Position numbers and translations under genes: made by a program | The notes under the pieces: generated by a model | The model's input: the letters and a program-made list of their open reading frames with translations, nothing else | Told to the model about the DNA's origin: nothing | The model's database searches: none | DNA from: an uncultured Nitrososphaerales archaeon | GTDB taxonomy: Archaea; Thermoproteota; Nitrososphaeria; Conexivisphaerales; CALBHZ01 | DNA length: 25,511 nucleotides | Assembly: GCA_964420525.1 (NCBI GenBank) | Contig: CAYQTV010000001.1 | Span: 1 to 25,511, forward strand | Direction of reading: 5' to 3' | Shown: in pieces, positions 16,264 to 24,345 of the stretch | Layout of the letters: each line of letters opens with the position of its first letter | Numbering within the stretch: position 1 is the first letter of the stretch

Positions 16264-18875
16264 TTCTTGCTTACTATAACTTGATTAACCATCTCATATA
16301 ACCTTTCAAGTACGTACCTTTTATCTTCCATTAATATCACATCGCTAAGCCCTTCTAATACTATATTATGAGCGAATGGTGAAGGGACCGGTACTTGTCC
16401 TAAATCTAAAACCTTAACCTTCCCTTCAGATATCCACTTTACTACTTTTTTCGCGTTTTCTATATCCATGTGATCTTCTAAAATCTCTCTGTAAGTCTCC
16501 TTTAAAATGGGAAAGTTCGGTATATTTTTCACTACGTTCAAGAGTACTTGAGAGCTTAACTGTTGTTTATCGACGCTTATTTCGTGCCCCTTATAATTCC
16601 TCAATATCATAAGCCCTCTCGTAGCTACATGTCTAAACCTCCTTTTCATTAATTCGGTATTAGCTACCGCTTCTCTTAATACCTCTTCAAGGTTTACTTC
16701 TACGAGGTCATTTAAACTAGCGATAGGTCTCACTCCCTTCGGATATATTAGTAAAAATCCATTATCATGGATAGCTATTCCTATGTTTCTCTTAAGCTTC
16801 TTACTAACTAAATAGGCAAGTGCTTTAGATAGAGCTTCGTTTACTCTCCTTCCATATAAGGTGTGAAAGACCTGCTCAGCTCTTCCTTCTTCATTCCAAA
16901 ACCACTCTTGAAAGATAACTTTATGAGAAGGAGAAGCTTCTATTCCCAGTGATCTCAAAAACTCCATCTGTTGTTTTATATAGCTTGCTATACCTTTTGC
17001 TGTATTCAAATCCGTATTACAAGTATTCATTATATATTCTATTACGTCCTTTCCCTTCCTCAACATATCCATTATTTTTCCTCTAAATTTGGAGACTTCT
17101 ATAGCTAAATCGAAGCTTAAGGGGAGCATCTCACTAAACCAGCTTGGCACCGTTGGCTTTTTATCGAAAGCAGGTCTAACTCTAGCTTCTAAACCTCTAC
17201 TGTTTACGAATTCGTAAACCCTTCCTCCTAATAAGAACCTATCTCTTGGCATTAACCTTTCCAAGAAATCTTCCTCTATGCTTCCGACGAGCTTGCCATC
17301 GATAGTCCTTACTTTAATATCAACTTCATCCGGTATCGTCCCTATATTCAAAGAATAGATAACCCTAGCATATTTTCCTCTTCTGCCAAACATCTTACCG
17401 TCAAACCAAATCTTTCCATACACCTTGTTTTCCTCTAAATTGAAACCTCCAGATAGATACTTCAATAAAGTTAAGAAATCTTCTTTTTTCAATGTATGGA
17501 ATGAATACGACCTCCTTATGAGCTCTAGCGCTTCCTCTACCTTCCATTTCTTTTCTATAGCCATTCCTAATACGTGTTGAGCTAGCACGTCCAAAGGGTT
17601 CTTAGGAATGTGAACTACATCTAAATGTCCCTTTAACGCTTCCTTTACCATAACGGCTACTTCTACCATATCATCTCTATCTACGCAGATAAACCTCCCC
17701 TTGCTTACCTCGTGAAGTCTATGCCCTGCTCTTCCTACTCTCTGTAAAGCTCTAGTAACCGATTTAGGGGATCCTATCTGAACCACTAAATCGATGCACC
17801 CTATATCTATTCCAAGCTCTAAGGACGTACTAGAAACTATAGCCTTAAGTTGTCCGTTCTTAAGCTTCTCCTCTACCTCAAATCTAACCCATCTGGATAA
17901 GGAGCCGTGATGAGCAGCTATCTCATCTTCTCTGATCATTTTAGTTCCTAACACAGATTTCAAATGGAATACAACCCTTTCTGTTCCACTCCTAGTATTG
18001 GTAAATATTAGAGTAGTCCTATGTTTTTCAATTAGTTCTGAGATCAACTCATACATCCTCTTGTTTACTTCATCGCTAGGCGTATGGATCAAGTCATCGG
18101 TCGGAGATAACACCTTCAGATCCTTCCCTTTAGCGAAGTTCGTATCGATTATTAAGCACGATCTAGGCCTTCCCTTTTCAAAACCTACTAAAAACTTAGC
18201 AACTTCGACTAAGGGATTTATAGTAGCCGAAAGACCGATTCGAATGATGCGATTTTCAACCATTTCCTGTAGCCTTTCCAGCGATAAGCTCAAATGGGAA
18301 CCTCTCTTATTTTCAACTAGGCTATGTATTTCATCAACTATTACCCATCTCACCTCCTTTAAAGCCTTCCTGAATTTAGGAGCATTTAAAATAATAGCTA
18401 AGCTCTCAGGAGTAGTTATTAAGATATGGGGAGGTTTTCTCAACATTTTCTGCCTTTCGTTCTGGGTAGTATCACCGGTTCTTACTTGATGTCTTATCTC
18501 CTGAACTTCTCTACCTTCCTTCGAAGCTAAAGCGTATATTTCATTTAGCGGTTTCTTTAAGTTTCTGTAAATGTCGTTATTTAAAGCTCTAAGAGGAGAT
18601 ACGTAAACAGCGTACACCTTATCTTCTAACTCTCCCTTCTCAGCTAAATTCATCAACTCACTTATTATGCTTAAGAAAGCTGTGAGGGTTTTACCTGTAC
18701 CGGTAGGGCTGGATACTAGAACGTTTTTCCCCTCCATGATAGGGATGACGGCCATTTTTTGAGGAGGGGTTAGGTCTTTAAAGTTCGATCTAAACCATTT
18801 TGATACCAAGGGGTTTAAACGCGATAAAACCTCCTCTAACGTATACTCTCTCTTTGCGAACTCTATGGCCGCCAT
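16260..18875 (-). CDS. lhr: Lhr-family SF2 helicase (Lhr-core size)
   Basis: SPTGTGKT, YVSPLRALNNDI, ITTPESL, VDEIH, GLSAT, HHGSLS, LELGIDIG, QRVGRAGH and GTIPDE. Confidence 0.95.
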   Translation of the reverse strand: MAAIEFAKREYTLEEVLSRLNPLVSKWFRSNFKDLTPPQKMAVIPIMEGKNVLVSSPTGTGKTLTAFLSIISELMNLAEKGELEDKVYAVYVSPLRALNNDIYRNLKKPLNEIYALASKEGREVQEIRHQVRTGDTTQNERQKMLRKPPHILITTPESLAIILNAPKFRKALKEVRWVIVDEIHSLVENKRGSHLSLSLERLQEMVENRIIRIGLSATINPLVEVAKFLVGFEKGRPRSCLIIDTNFAKGKDLKVLSPTDDLIHTPSDEVNKRMYELISELIEKHRTTLIFTNTRSGTERVVFHLKSVLGTKMIREDEIAAHHGSLSRWVRFEVEEKLKNGQLKAIVSSTSLELGIDIGCIDLVVQIGSPKSVTRALQRVGRAGHRLHEVSKGRFICVDRDDMVEVAVMVKEALKGHLDVVHIPKNPLDVLAQHVLGMAIEKKWKVEEALELIRRSYSFHTLKKEDFLTLLKYLSGGFNLEENKVYGKIWFDGKMFGRRGKYARVIYSLNIGTIPDEVDIKVRTIDGKLVGSIEEDFLERLMPRDRFLLGGRVYEFVNSRGLEARVRPAFDKKPTVPSWFSEMLPLSFDLAIEVSKFRGKIMDMLRKGKDVIEYIMNTCNTDLNTAKGIASYIKQQMEFLRSLGIEASPSHKVIFQEWFWNEEGRAEQVFHTLYGRRVNEALSKALAYLVSKKLKRNIGIAIHDNGFLLIYPKGVRPIASLNDLVEVNLEEVLREAVANTELMKRRFRHVATRGLMILRNYKGHEISVDKQQLSSQVLLNVVKNIPNFPILKETYREILEDHMDIENAKKVVKWISEGKVKVLDLGQVPVPSPFAHNIVLEGLSDVILMEDKRYVLERLYEMVNQVIVSKK

Positions 18876-18929
18876 CCCTAGCTATTATGGTGCGTAGGGC
18901 TCTACTATTTTAATCTAGCTAAAGAATGT

Positions 18930-18942
18930 TTTAATATATAAA
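18930..18942 (+). promoter_or_regulatory. Putative TATA box for the aminotransferase
   Basis: TTTAATATATAAA, about 20-30 nt upstream of ATG 18961. Confidence 0.4.
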
Positions 18943-18960
18943 ATTCGTAAATAAGAGGCT

Positions 18961-20046
18961 ATGAGAAGCCCCCTCCTAATGATACCAGGGCCTACTAATC
19001 TAGATCCCCAAGTACTAGAGGCATTAAGCTGGCCCTCGATAGGCCATACAAGCCCCGAATTTCATGAAGAATTTACTGAGCTCCTCTACTTGACCGCTAA
19101 GCTCTATAAAACGAAGAAGGAGAACGTTATCGTATATTCCGGCTCTGGAACTTTAGGGATGGAGGGGGCTGTAGCGAGCTTAATAGAACCGGATGATAAA
19201 GTCCTAGCTTTAATAACGGGCTATTTTGGAGAGAGATTTGCGGAGATAGCCGAGATCTATGGAGCTAAGGTAAAAAGGCTGGTCTATCCCTCCGGACATG
19301 ACGTTAATCCAGAAGATGTAAAGGAGGCGTTGGAAAAAGATGAGTATAAGGCGATTTTAGTTACTCACATAGAAACTACAAATGGAGTATACAATAGGGT
19401 GGAGGAGATAGCTAAGGTAGCGAGAAGATACGGAGTTTTGATTTTCGTAGATGTAGTAAGTAGTTTAGGTGGCGCTCCTTTTTACTTCGATAATGATGGT
19501 TATGATGTAGCTTTTGCGGGTTCTCAAAAGTGTATAGCGGCTCCTCCAGGAGCTGCTTTAATAGCTATCTCGGATAGAGCTAAGGAATTTTTAGAGAATA
19601 GGAGAACTGAGATTAAAAGCTACTACTTTAACCTTAAACGCTGGTTAAAGGTTATGGAAAATCCAAGAATTTATTTAGCTACCCCTACTATACCAGTACT
19701 GAAAGCTACGAGAATAGCTCTAAAGCTGTTACATAAGGAAGGGCTTAAGAACAGATGGAGGAGACATGAACAAATGGCGAAGTTGGTTAGGAAGGAGCTT
19801 ACTGAGTTAGGTCTAGAATTAAAGACGAGAAGGAGCTCCCCAACTATAACTGTAGCTAAGCTAGGTAAACCTATAGCTGAGAAATTGCAAGAGTATGTTT
19901 TGAAAAAGCACAATGTACTGATATCGACGGGAATAGGCGGAGAATCCAAAGACGTCATCAGAATAGGACATATGGGTATTGTTAACAGAGAGATGGTGGA
20001 GCTTACTTTAAGCGCTATAGAAGATGCTTTGAAAAACCTCAATTAA
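18961..20046 (+). CDS. PLP-dependent class V aminotransferase (alanine-glyoxylate/serine-pyruvate type)
   Basis: LMIPGPT, GSGTLGMEGA, THIETTNG, VDVVSSLGG, GSQKCIAAPPG (PLP lysine) and IRIGHMG. Confidence 0.93.
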   Translation: MRSPLLMIPGPTNLDPQVLEALSWPSIGHTSPEFHEEFTELLYLTAKLYKTKKENVIVYSGSGTLGMEGAVASLIEPDDKVLALITGYFGERFAEIAEIYGAKVKRLVYPSGHDVNPEDVKEALEKDEYKAILVTHIETTNGVYNRVEEIAKVARRYGVLIFVDVVSSLGGAPFYFDNDGYDVAFAGSQKCIAAPPGAALIAISDRAKEFLENRRTEIKSYYFNLKRWLKVMENPRIYLATPTIPVLKATRIALKLLHKEGLKNRWRRHEQMAKLVRKELTELGLELKTRRSSPTITVAKLGKPIAEKLQEYVLKKHNVLISTGIGGESKDVIRIGHMGIVNREMVELTLSAIEDALKNLN

Positions 20047-20087
20047 CGATAAAGATTATTAGGAACCCTCAATTATGGAACAATGGT

Positions 20088-20202
20088 AGCCCGGTCGTCT
20101 AGCGGCCAAGGATGCCAGGCTCTGGATCTGCTGAGGAGTAGGGCGGGCTCCTTGGCGAGGAGAAACCTGGTGACGGGAGTTCGAATCTCCCCCGGGCTAC
20201 CA
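20088..20202 (+). tRNA. tRNA-Gln(CTG) with a 39-nt intron at 37/38 (20126-20164) and encoded CCA
   Basis: Acceptor stem AGCCCGG/CCGGGCT followed by ACCA. Anticodon arm CCAGG-CTCTGG|A-CCTGG. T arm GGGAG-TTCGAAT-CTCCC. BHB: CTCT (20120-23) pairs with GGAG (20159-62), with 3-nt bulges at both splice sites. Confidence 0.96.
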
Positions 20203-20514
20203 TTCGTTTTTAAGATAAGACTTTATCTGTGTAAAATTGGCCTGTTTTTCATTTGCTATCTCTAGATCTTTTCAGTATGGTTTAGTTAGACCGAATTCTA
20301 CCTAGGAGCTCATTCTTAAGTTTTTGAATTCAGGTAGGTTTTCAAAACCTTCCTCATTTCTATAGATATTACGTTTAAGCCCCTCTTATTTTTGGCATAT
20401 TTAAGCCGTGTGGAGTTTAGCTATTGTTGTTCTTTGGAAAGGTTAAGGAGCTAAACCTTAAAAGCTTTAGAAAGGTTTCAGACCTAGTAACTGTGAGTAG
20501 ACGAGCATAGCTTC

Positions 20515-22722
20515 TCAAATCTTACCAGATGACGGGGAAGCTATTCTACGCATAATATAGATCGTTATTAGCGCAGCGAATTCCACTATCGCGACTATAT
20601 AGTTTAAGCTTACACCGCAAATCCCTAGCACGCCAAGGATCACCCTTACGTACTTTGGCAAGGGGCCTGATAACCAACCTGTAATGCTAACGGCTAACAG
20701 GTATATAGCTAAAAGAGATGCTGCAAAACAATAGATTACATACAGTATTACTTCAATATTCCACTCACTTACGGTCACGAGTAGCATTTCTGGATGTGTA
20801 AAGAATATATATGGCCCAACGTATCCAGCTAAAGCGTACTTAGCCGCATTAATTGCAGTTCTCCAGAATTCCGATCTTGCAAGCGCTGAACCTGCATATG
20901 CCGCTAAAGCTACAGGTGGCGTGACATCAGCTAATATCCCGAAGTAAAATACGAACATGTGGGCTGCAAGCATTGCAACTTTTATATCGATTCCGTACCA
21001 TTGAGTAGCGGCAAGCACTACTGCAGGAGCACAAACTAGTGAGGTAATTACGTAGTTAGCCGTAGTAGGTACGCCCATTCCTAATATTAAGCTAAACGTC
21101 ATAGCAATTACTAATAGGGCGAGGAGATTACCTGCAACTAAATCAACCAACATGTATCCGAAGCTAGTAATGAGTCCCGTTAACGTTAAAACCCCCTGTA
21201 TCATTCCCGCTACAGTTGCAGCTAACATAACGCTAATACTAATTCGGCTTGCGTCAATAACGGCTTCAATGGTAGCTCTGGACATAAGCCTTGCTTCTTT
21301 AGCTAGCAACCCGATCAATACGCTCAATAAAATAGCTATTACACCGCTCAAGACCAAGATCTGTTCTAGCATGACGCCGGTAAAGTACATCCCTAGCATG
21401 AGCGCGCTAAATACGGATATGAATGTGAACTTTATCGTAGGCTTTATATCTTCCTGAGCGATCCAGGCAGCTAGTAAGGCAACGCTAAGTGATGAAATTG
21501 CTGCGTATTGAGGAGGTATGCCTATTAGGAGTTCGTAGGCGATGAGGGGGATTGGTACTAACATGTAAATCTTCTTTAAGAATTGTTTGAGAGGCGCTAC
21601 TTTCGGAATAGGTTTAAGGCCTAACCTTTTCGTCTCGAGGTCTATGAAGGCGTATACGCCTGAATAGTAGATGAGTGCGGGTATAACGCCGGCTATCATT
21701 ATATCTCTATAAGGCCTTCCCAAGAACTCTGCCATAATAAATGCAGCAGCACCCATGATTGGCGGCATTATCTGACCTCCAGTTGAAGCGGTTGGCTCGA
21801 TAGCTCCAGCTATTTCCGGCGGGTATCCGCTGCGCCTCATTAATGGTATTGTAAAAGTGCCTGTGGTTAGTACGTTAGCAACCGAGCTTCCAGAAACCGT
21901 ACCCATGAGTGCGCTAGCTACGACGGCGGACTTTGCGGGGCCGCCCGATCTCGATCCAAAGGCAGAGATCATAAACTCGGTGATGTACCTTCCAACGCCT
22001 ATTCTAAGTAGGAACGATCCAAAAAATACGAACGCAAAAACATACGTGACCATTACGAATAATGGTATTGAGAACAACCCTTCTTTAGCAAGATACATGT
22101 GATCTATAAACGCCTTAAGATCGAATTTAACGAATAGTAAACCGTAAAGGAGGAATGCCATAGCTATTATTGTTAAGGCTGGCCCGATAACCCTTCTCGT
22201 AGCCTCAAGCACTAAAACTATGCAAATGATACCGAATACTACGTCTAGAGGTTTCACTATACCCGCTCTAATTATGAGTTCCGGAAATATATAGAAAATG
22301 TAAAGAGTCGATACGGCTCCAAGGAATGCTAGAACTCCGTCATAAACAGGTATTTTCCTAAAATATGAAGGTTTACGTCGTGCTGGGTAAAGCAAAAACG
22401 CCATGATAAGGATCATAGCTAAAACAAATGCCTGGCCCTGTTGCGTGTCGAAGACCACGGATAAAGCTTCTATCACTATCCCGTACTTAGCCAATACGGA
22501 GTAAAGAGCGTAATTAAAGCCTAGTAAGAAACATATTTCGTAGACAGCAATTGCTACTGCTGCTACTACGAATACGTACCTAGCTATACCGTAGACCTCT
22601 CTCTCCCTTACAATTTTACTTTCATTAATCTCCTTGTCCTTCAAGCCATCCTTGAACATATATTCAATCACCTGTTCTATTTGTGTTTTCTCGAAAGGAT
22701 AATCTATAGCGAGAGTATCCAT
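20515..22722 (-). CDS. TRAP transporter fused 4TM/12TM permease (TAXI-type)
   Basis: LEATRRVIG, GGPAKSAVVASALMGTVSGSSVANV, ASTGGQIMPPIMGAAAF, LGMGVPTTANY and DVTPPVALAA. The true start may be ATG 22659, which has AGGTGA 8 nt upstream. Confidence 0.93.
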   Translation of the reverse strand: MDTLAIDYPFEKTQIEQVIEYMFKDGLKDKEINESKIVREREVYGIARYVFVVAAVAIAVYEICFLLGFNYALYSVLAKYGIVIEALSVVFDTQQGQAFVLAMILIMAFLLYPARRKPSYFRKIPVYDGVLAFLGAVSTLYIFYIFPELIIRAGIVKPLDVVFGIICIVLVLEATRRVIGPALTIIAMAFLLYGLLFVKFDLKAFIDHMYLAKEGLFSIPLFVMVTYVFAFVFFGSFLLRIGVGRYITEFMISAFGSRSGGPAKSAVVASALMGTVSGSSVANVLTTGTFTIPLMRRSGYPPEIAGAIEPTASTGGQIMPPIMGAAAFIMAEFLGRPYRDIMIAGVIPALIYYSGVYAFIDLETKRLGLKPIPKVAPLKQFLKKIYMLVPIPLIAYELLIGIPPQYAAISSLSVALLAAWIAQEDIKPTIKFTFISVFSALMLGMYFTGVMLEQILVLSGVIAILLSVLIGLLAKEARLMSRATIEAVIDASRISISVMLAATVAGMIQGVLTLTGLITSFGYMLVDLVAGNLLALLVIAMTFSLILGMGVPTTANYVITSLVCAPAVVLAATQWYGIDIKVAMLAAHMFVFYFGILADVTPPVALAAYAGSALARSEFWRTAINAAKYALAGYVGPYIFFTHPEMLLVTVSEWNIEVILYVIYCFAASLLAIYLLAVSITGWLSGPLPKYVRVILGVLGICGVSLNYIVAIVEFAALITIYIMRRIASPSSGKI

Positions 22723-22776
22723 GAATATCTTGCGAAAAATGACCTTTGAGAAGGAAAAAATTCATCTTCGTGCTGC

Positions 22777-23280
22777 CTAAGCTTTTGATGATAGACAGTT
22801 AAACACACCTCCAAACAACCATTTAAAGATGGCTTCATAGAGTGGAGTATGGATTAAACGGATAGTCAGCAGTCCTCCGTTATCCAACTTTACAACATGC
22901 TCATCGTCAATATGGATTTCGCATTTATTCTCAGGTATAAACCATGCTGTTATTTCATAACCTAAATTTTCTCCTATGTTATCCATACAGTAGAAATCTC
23001 CTACCTCGGTAATTCGTGCTTTAGCATTAATGGGTTCTAGTGGAAGACCTGCACCGAAGCTTTGCCATAGGAACTTCTCAAGGAAAATACCATCCTCTTT
23101 AACTTTAAATACTTCGATAACAGGCGTCCTTTCGACGCTGTGTATGTACCTTAATATTAACCTTAATTCTCCCCTTAACGGTTTTTCATATAGAACGTGA
23201 TCTCCGCAACTAATCACGATAATGGAGGATTCAAAAAGAAGTCCTATTATAATTGTTAATAAAAAAATAATTTTTATCAA
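22777..23280 (-). CDS. DUF1850-like TAXI-TRAP accessory protein
   Basis: N-terminal hydrophobic anchor and YIHSVERTPVIEVF and FGAGLP motifs. Lies between the TAXI receptor and the permease. Confidence 0.85.
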   Translation of the reverse strand: MIKIIFLLTIIIGLLFESSIIVISCGDHVLYEKPLRGELRLILRYIHSVERTPVIEVFKVKEDGIFLEKFLWQSFGAGLPLEPINAKARITEVGDFYCMDNIGENLGYEITAWFIPENKCEIHIDDEHVVKLDNGGLLTIRLIHTPLYEAIFKWLFGGVFNCLSSKA

Positions 23281-23289
23281 GGTACGTAT

Positions 23290-24291
23290 TTAGGGCTTTA
23301 GCGTCTCAGGGACCTTTATACCACTCTCTTCGTAGTATTTGATCGCACCTGGATGAAGAGGTATACTCATACCATCAATTGCCGTTTCTAAGCTAATGGC
23401 TTGAGCTTTCGCATGAACGGCTCTTAAGTCATCTACGTGGTCAAAAAGTACCTTAGTCAATGTATATACCGTCTGTTCTGGTAGGTCTGCGCGACAAGCG
23501 AGCATAGCGAGAACCGCTACCGTTGGTGTATCTTTGGTCATACCTGTATAGGTGTCCTTTGGCGCTATTTGACGGACGTAGAATACGTAACCTTCGTCAT
23601 GAAGCTTCGTGAGAATTTCATCTGGAACGGACAGTATGCGTACTGGTGTTGTCGTTGCAAGTTCGGTTATAGCTGGCGTCGGAATTCCTGCAACTAGCAT
23701 TGCGCAGTCCACTTCACCAAGCTTTAATGCTGTTGCTGCCTCTCTAAACGGAGCCCAGACCTTTTCTATTCCATCCCACACGCCAGCTGCTCTAAGTATC
23801 TGTTCACATGCGACCGCGGTACCGCTACCAGCTGCTCCGACAGCTACACGCTTACCGGCAAGATCATATAAGCTCTCAATCGGGCTATCGGCTCTAACAA
23901 CGAACTGTATGGTTTCTGGATAGAGTGTTGCAATTCCGCGCATTACATTGATTTTACCTGTTTCCTTAAACATATAGAGACCATTATATGCGTAGTACGC
24001 TATATCGTTTTGCAATAGAATCACGTTAGCCTTACCTTCAGATAAGGCTCTAGCATTAGCTACGCTTGCCCCGCTTGTCCTAGCACTAGCAGTTACTACG
24101 TCACCAGCATACTTATTTAATATCTCGGCATATTTCGATCCTAACGGGAAGTATACCCCGCCCGTACCTCCGGTAAATATCACTATTTCAGTTTTCGGTG
24201 CAGAAGGGGCTGTTAATAAGAAGGCAGCCGCACCGCCACATATGATGACAACAATAATTGCTATTAATATATAGAGGGTTTTTCTCGACAT
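23290..24291 (-). CDS. TAXI-family TRAP solute-binding protein
   Basis: TGGTGGVYFPLG, SGASVAN, LYPETIQFVV, GKRVAVGAAGSGT and IPLHPGAIKYY, with an N-terminal membrane anchor. ATG 24291 is preferred over TTG 24300. Confidence 0.94.
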   Translation of the reverse strand: MSRKTLYILIAIIVVIICGGAAAFLLTAPSAPKTEIVIFTGGTGGVYFPLGSKYAEILNKYAGDVVTASARTSGASVANARALSEGKANVILLQNDIAYYAYNGLYMFKETGKINVMRGIATLYPETIQFVVRADSPIESLYDLAGKRVAVGAAGSGTAVACEQILRAAGVWDGIEKVWAPFREAATALKLGEVDCAMLVAGIPTPAITELATTTPVRILSVPDEILTKLHDEGYVFYVRQIAPKDTYTGMTKDTPTVAVLAMLACRADLPEQTVYTLTKVLFDHVDDLRAVHAKAQAISLETAIDGMSIPLHPGAIKYYEESGIKVPETLKP

Positions 24292-24317
24292 TTTAACCAA
24301 TTAATAATTTGGTAATC

Positions 24318-24329
24318 TTTTAATATAAA
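24318..24329. promoter_or_regulatory. TATA-like element usable in both directions (TAXI operon and candidate ncRNA)
   Basis: TTTTAATATAAA on + and TTTATATTAAAA on -. About 27-38 nt from the TAXI ATG and about 17-28 nt from the predicted ncRNA 5' end near 24346. Confidence 0.5.
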
Positions 24330-24345
24330 CTTATCGATGAGATTT

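Noticed and set aside
3679-20202. Functional linkage between gatDE and tRNA-Gln(CTG) by proximity
   Set aside because: They are more than 13 kb apart with unrelated genes between them, so the proximity is probably coincidental.
20083-20265. 60-aa ORF over the tRNA
   Set aside because: It overlaps a complete tRNA-Gln gene and is an incidental open frame.
20402-20416. Minus-strand TPHGL next to the tRNA 3' end, suggesting an integrase remnant
   Set aside because: It is flanked by stops, the following RH residues are missing, and I found no direct repeat of the tRNA 3' end (att site) in the window.
668-23923. Many ORF-track entries antisense to or nested in recognised genes (e.g. 668-883, 1278-1538, 1918-2124, 2334-2555, 2816-3019, 3280-3630, 3693-3977, 5004-5186, 5870-6109, 6389-6883, 6946-7143, 8657-8974, 11057-11344, 14122-14400, 14599-14814, 17998-18489, 19671-20042, 21152-21457, 21857-22102, 23609-23923)
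   Set aside because: They are shadow frames of well-supported genes, rich in Ser/Leu/Ile/Phe and without recognisable motifs.
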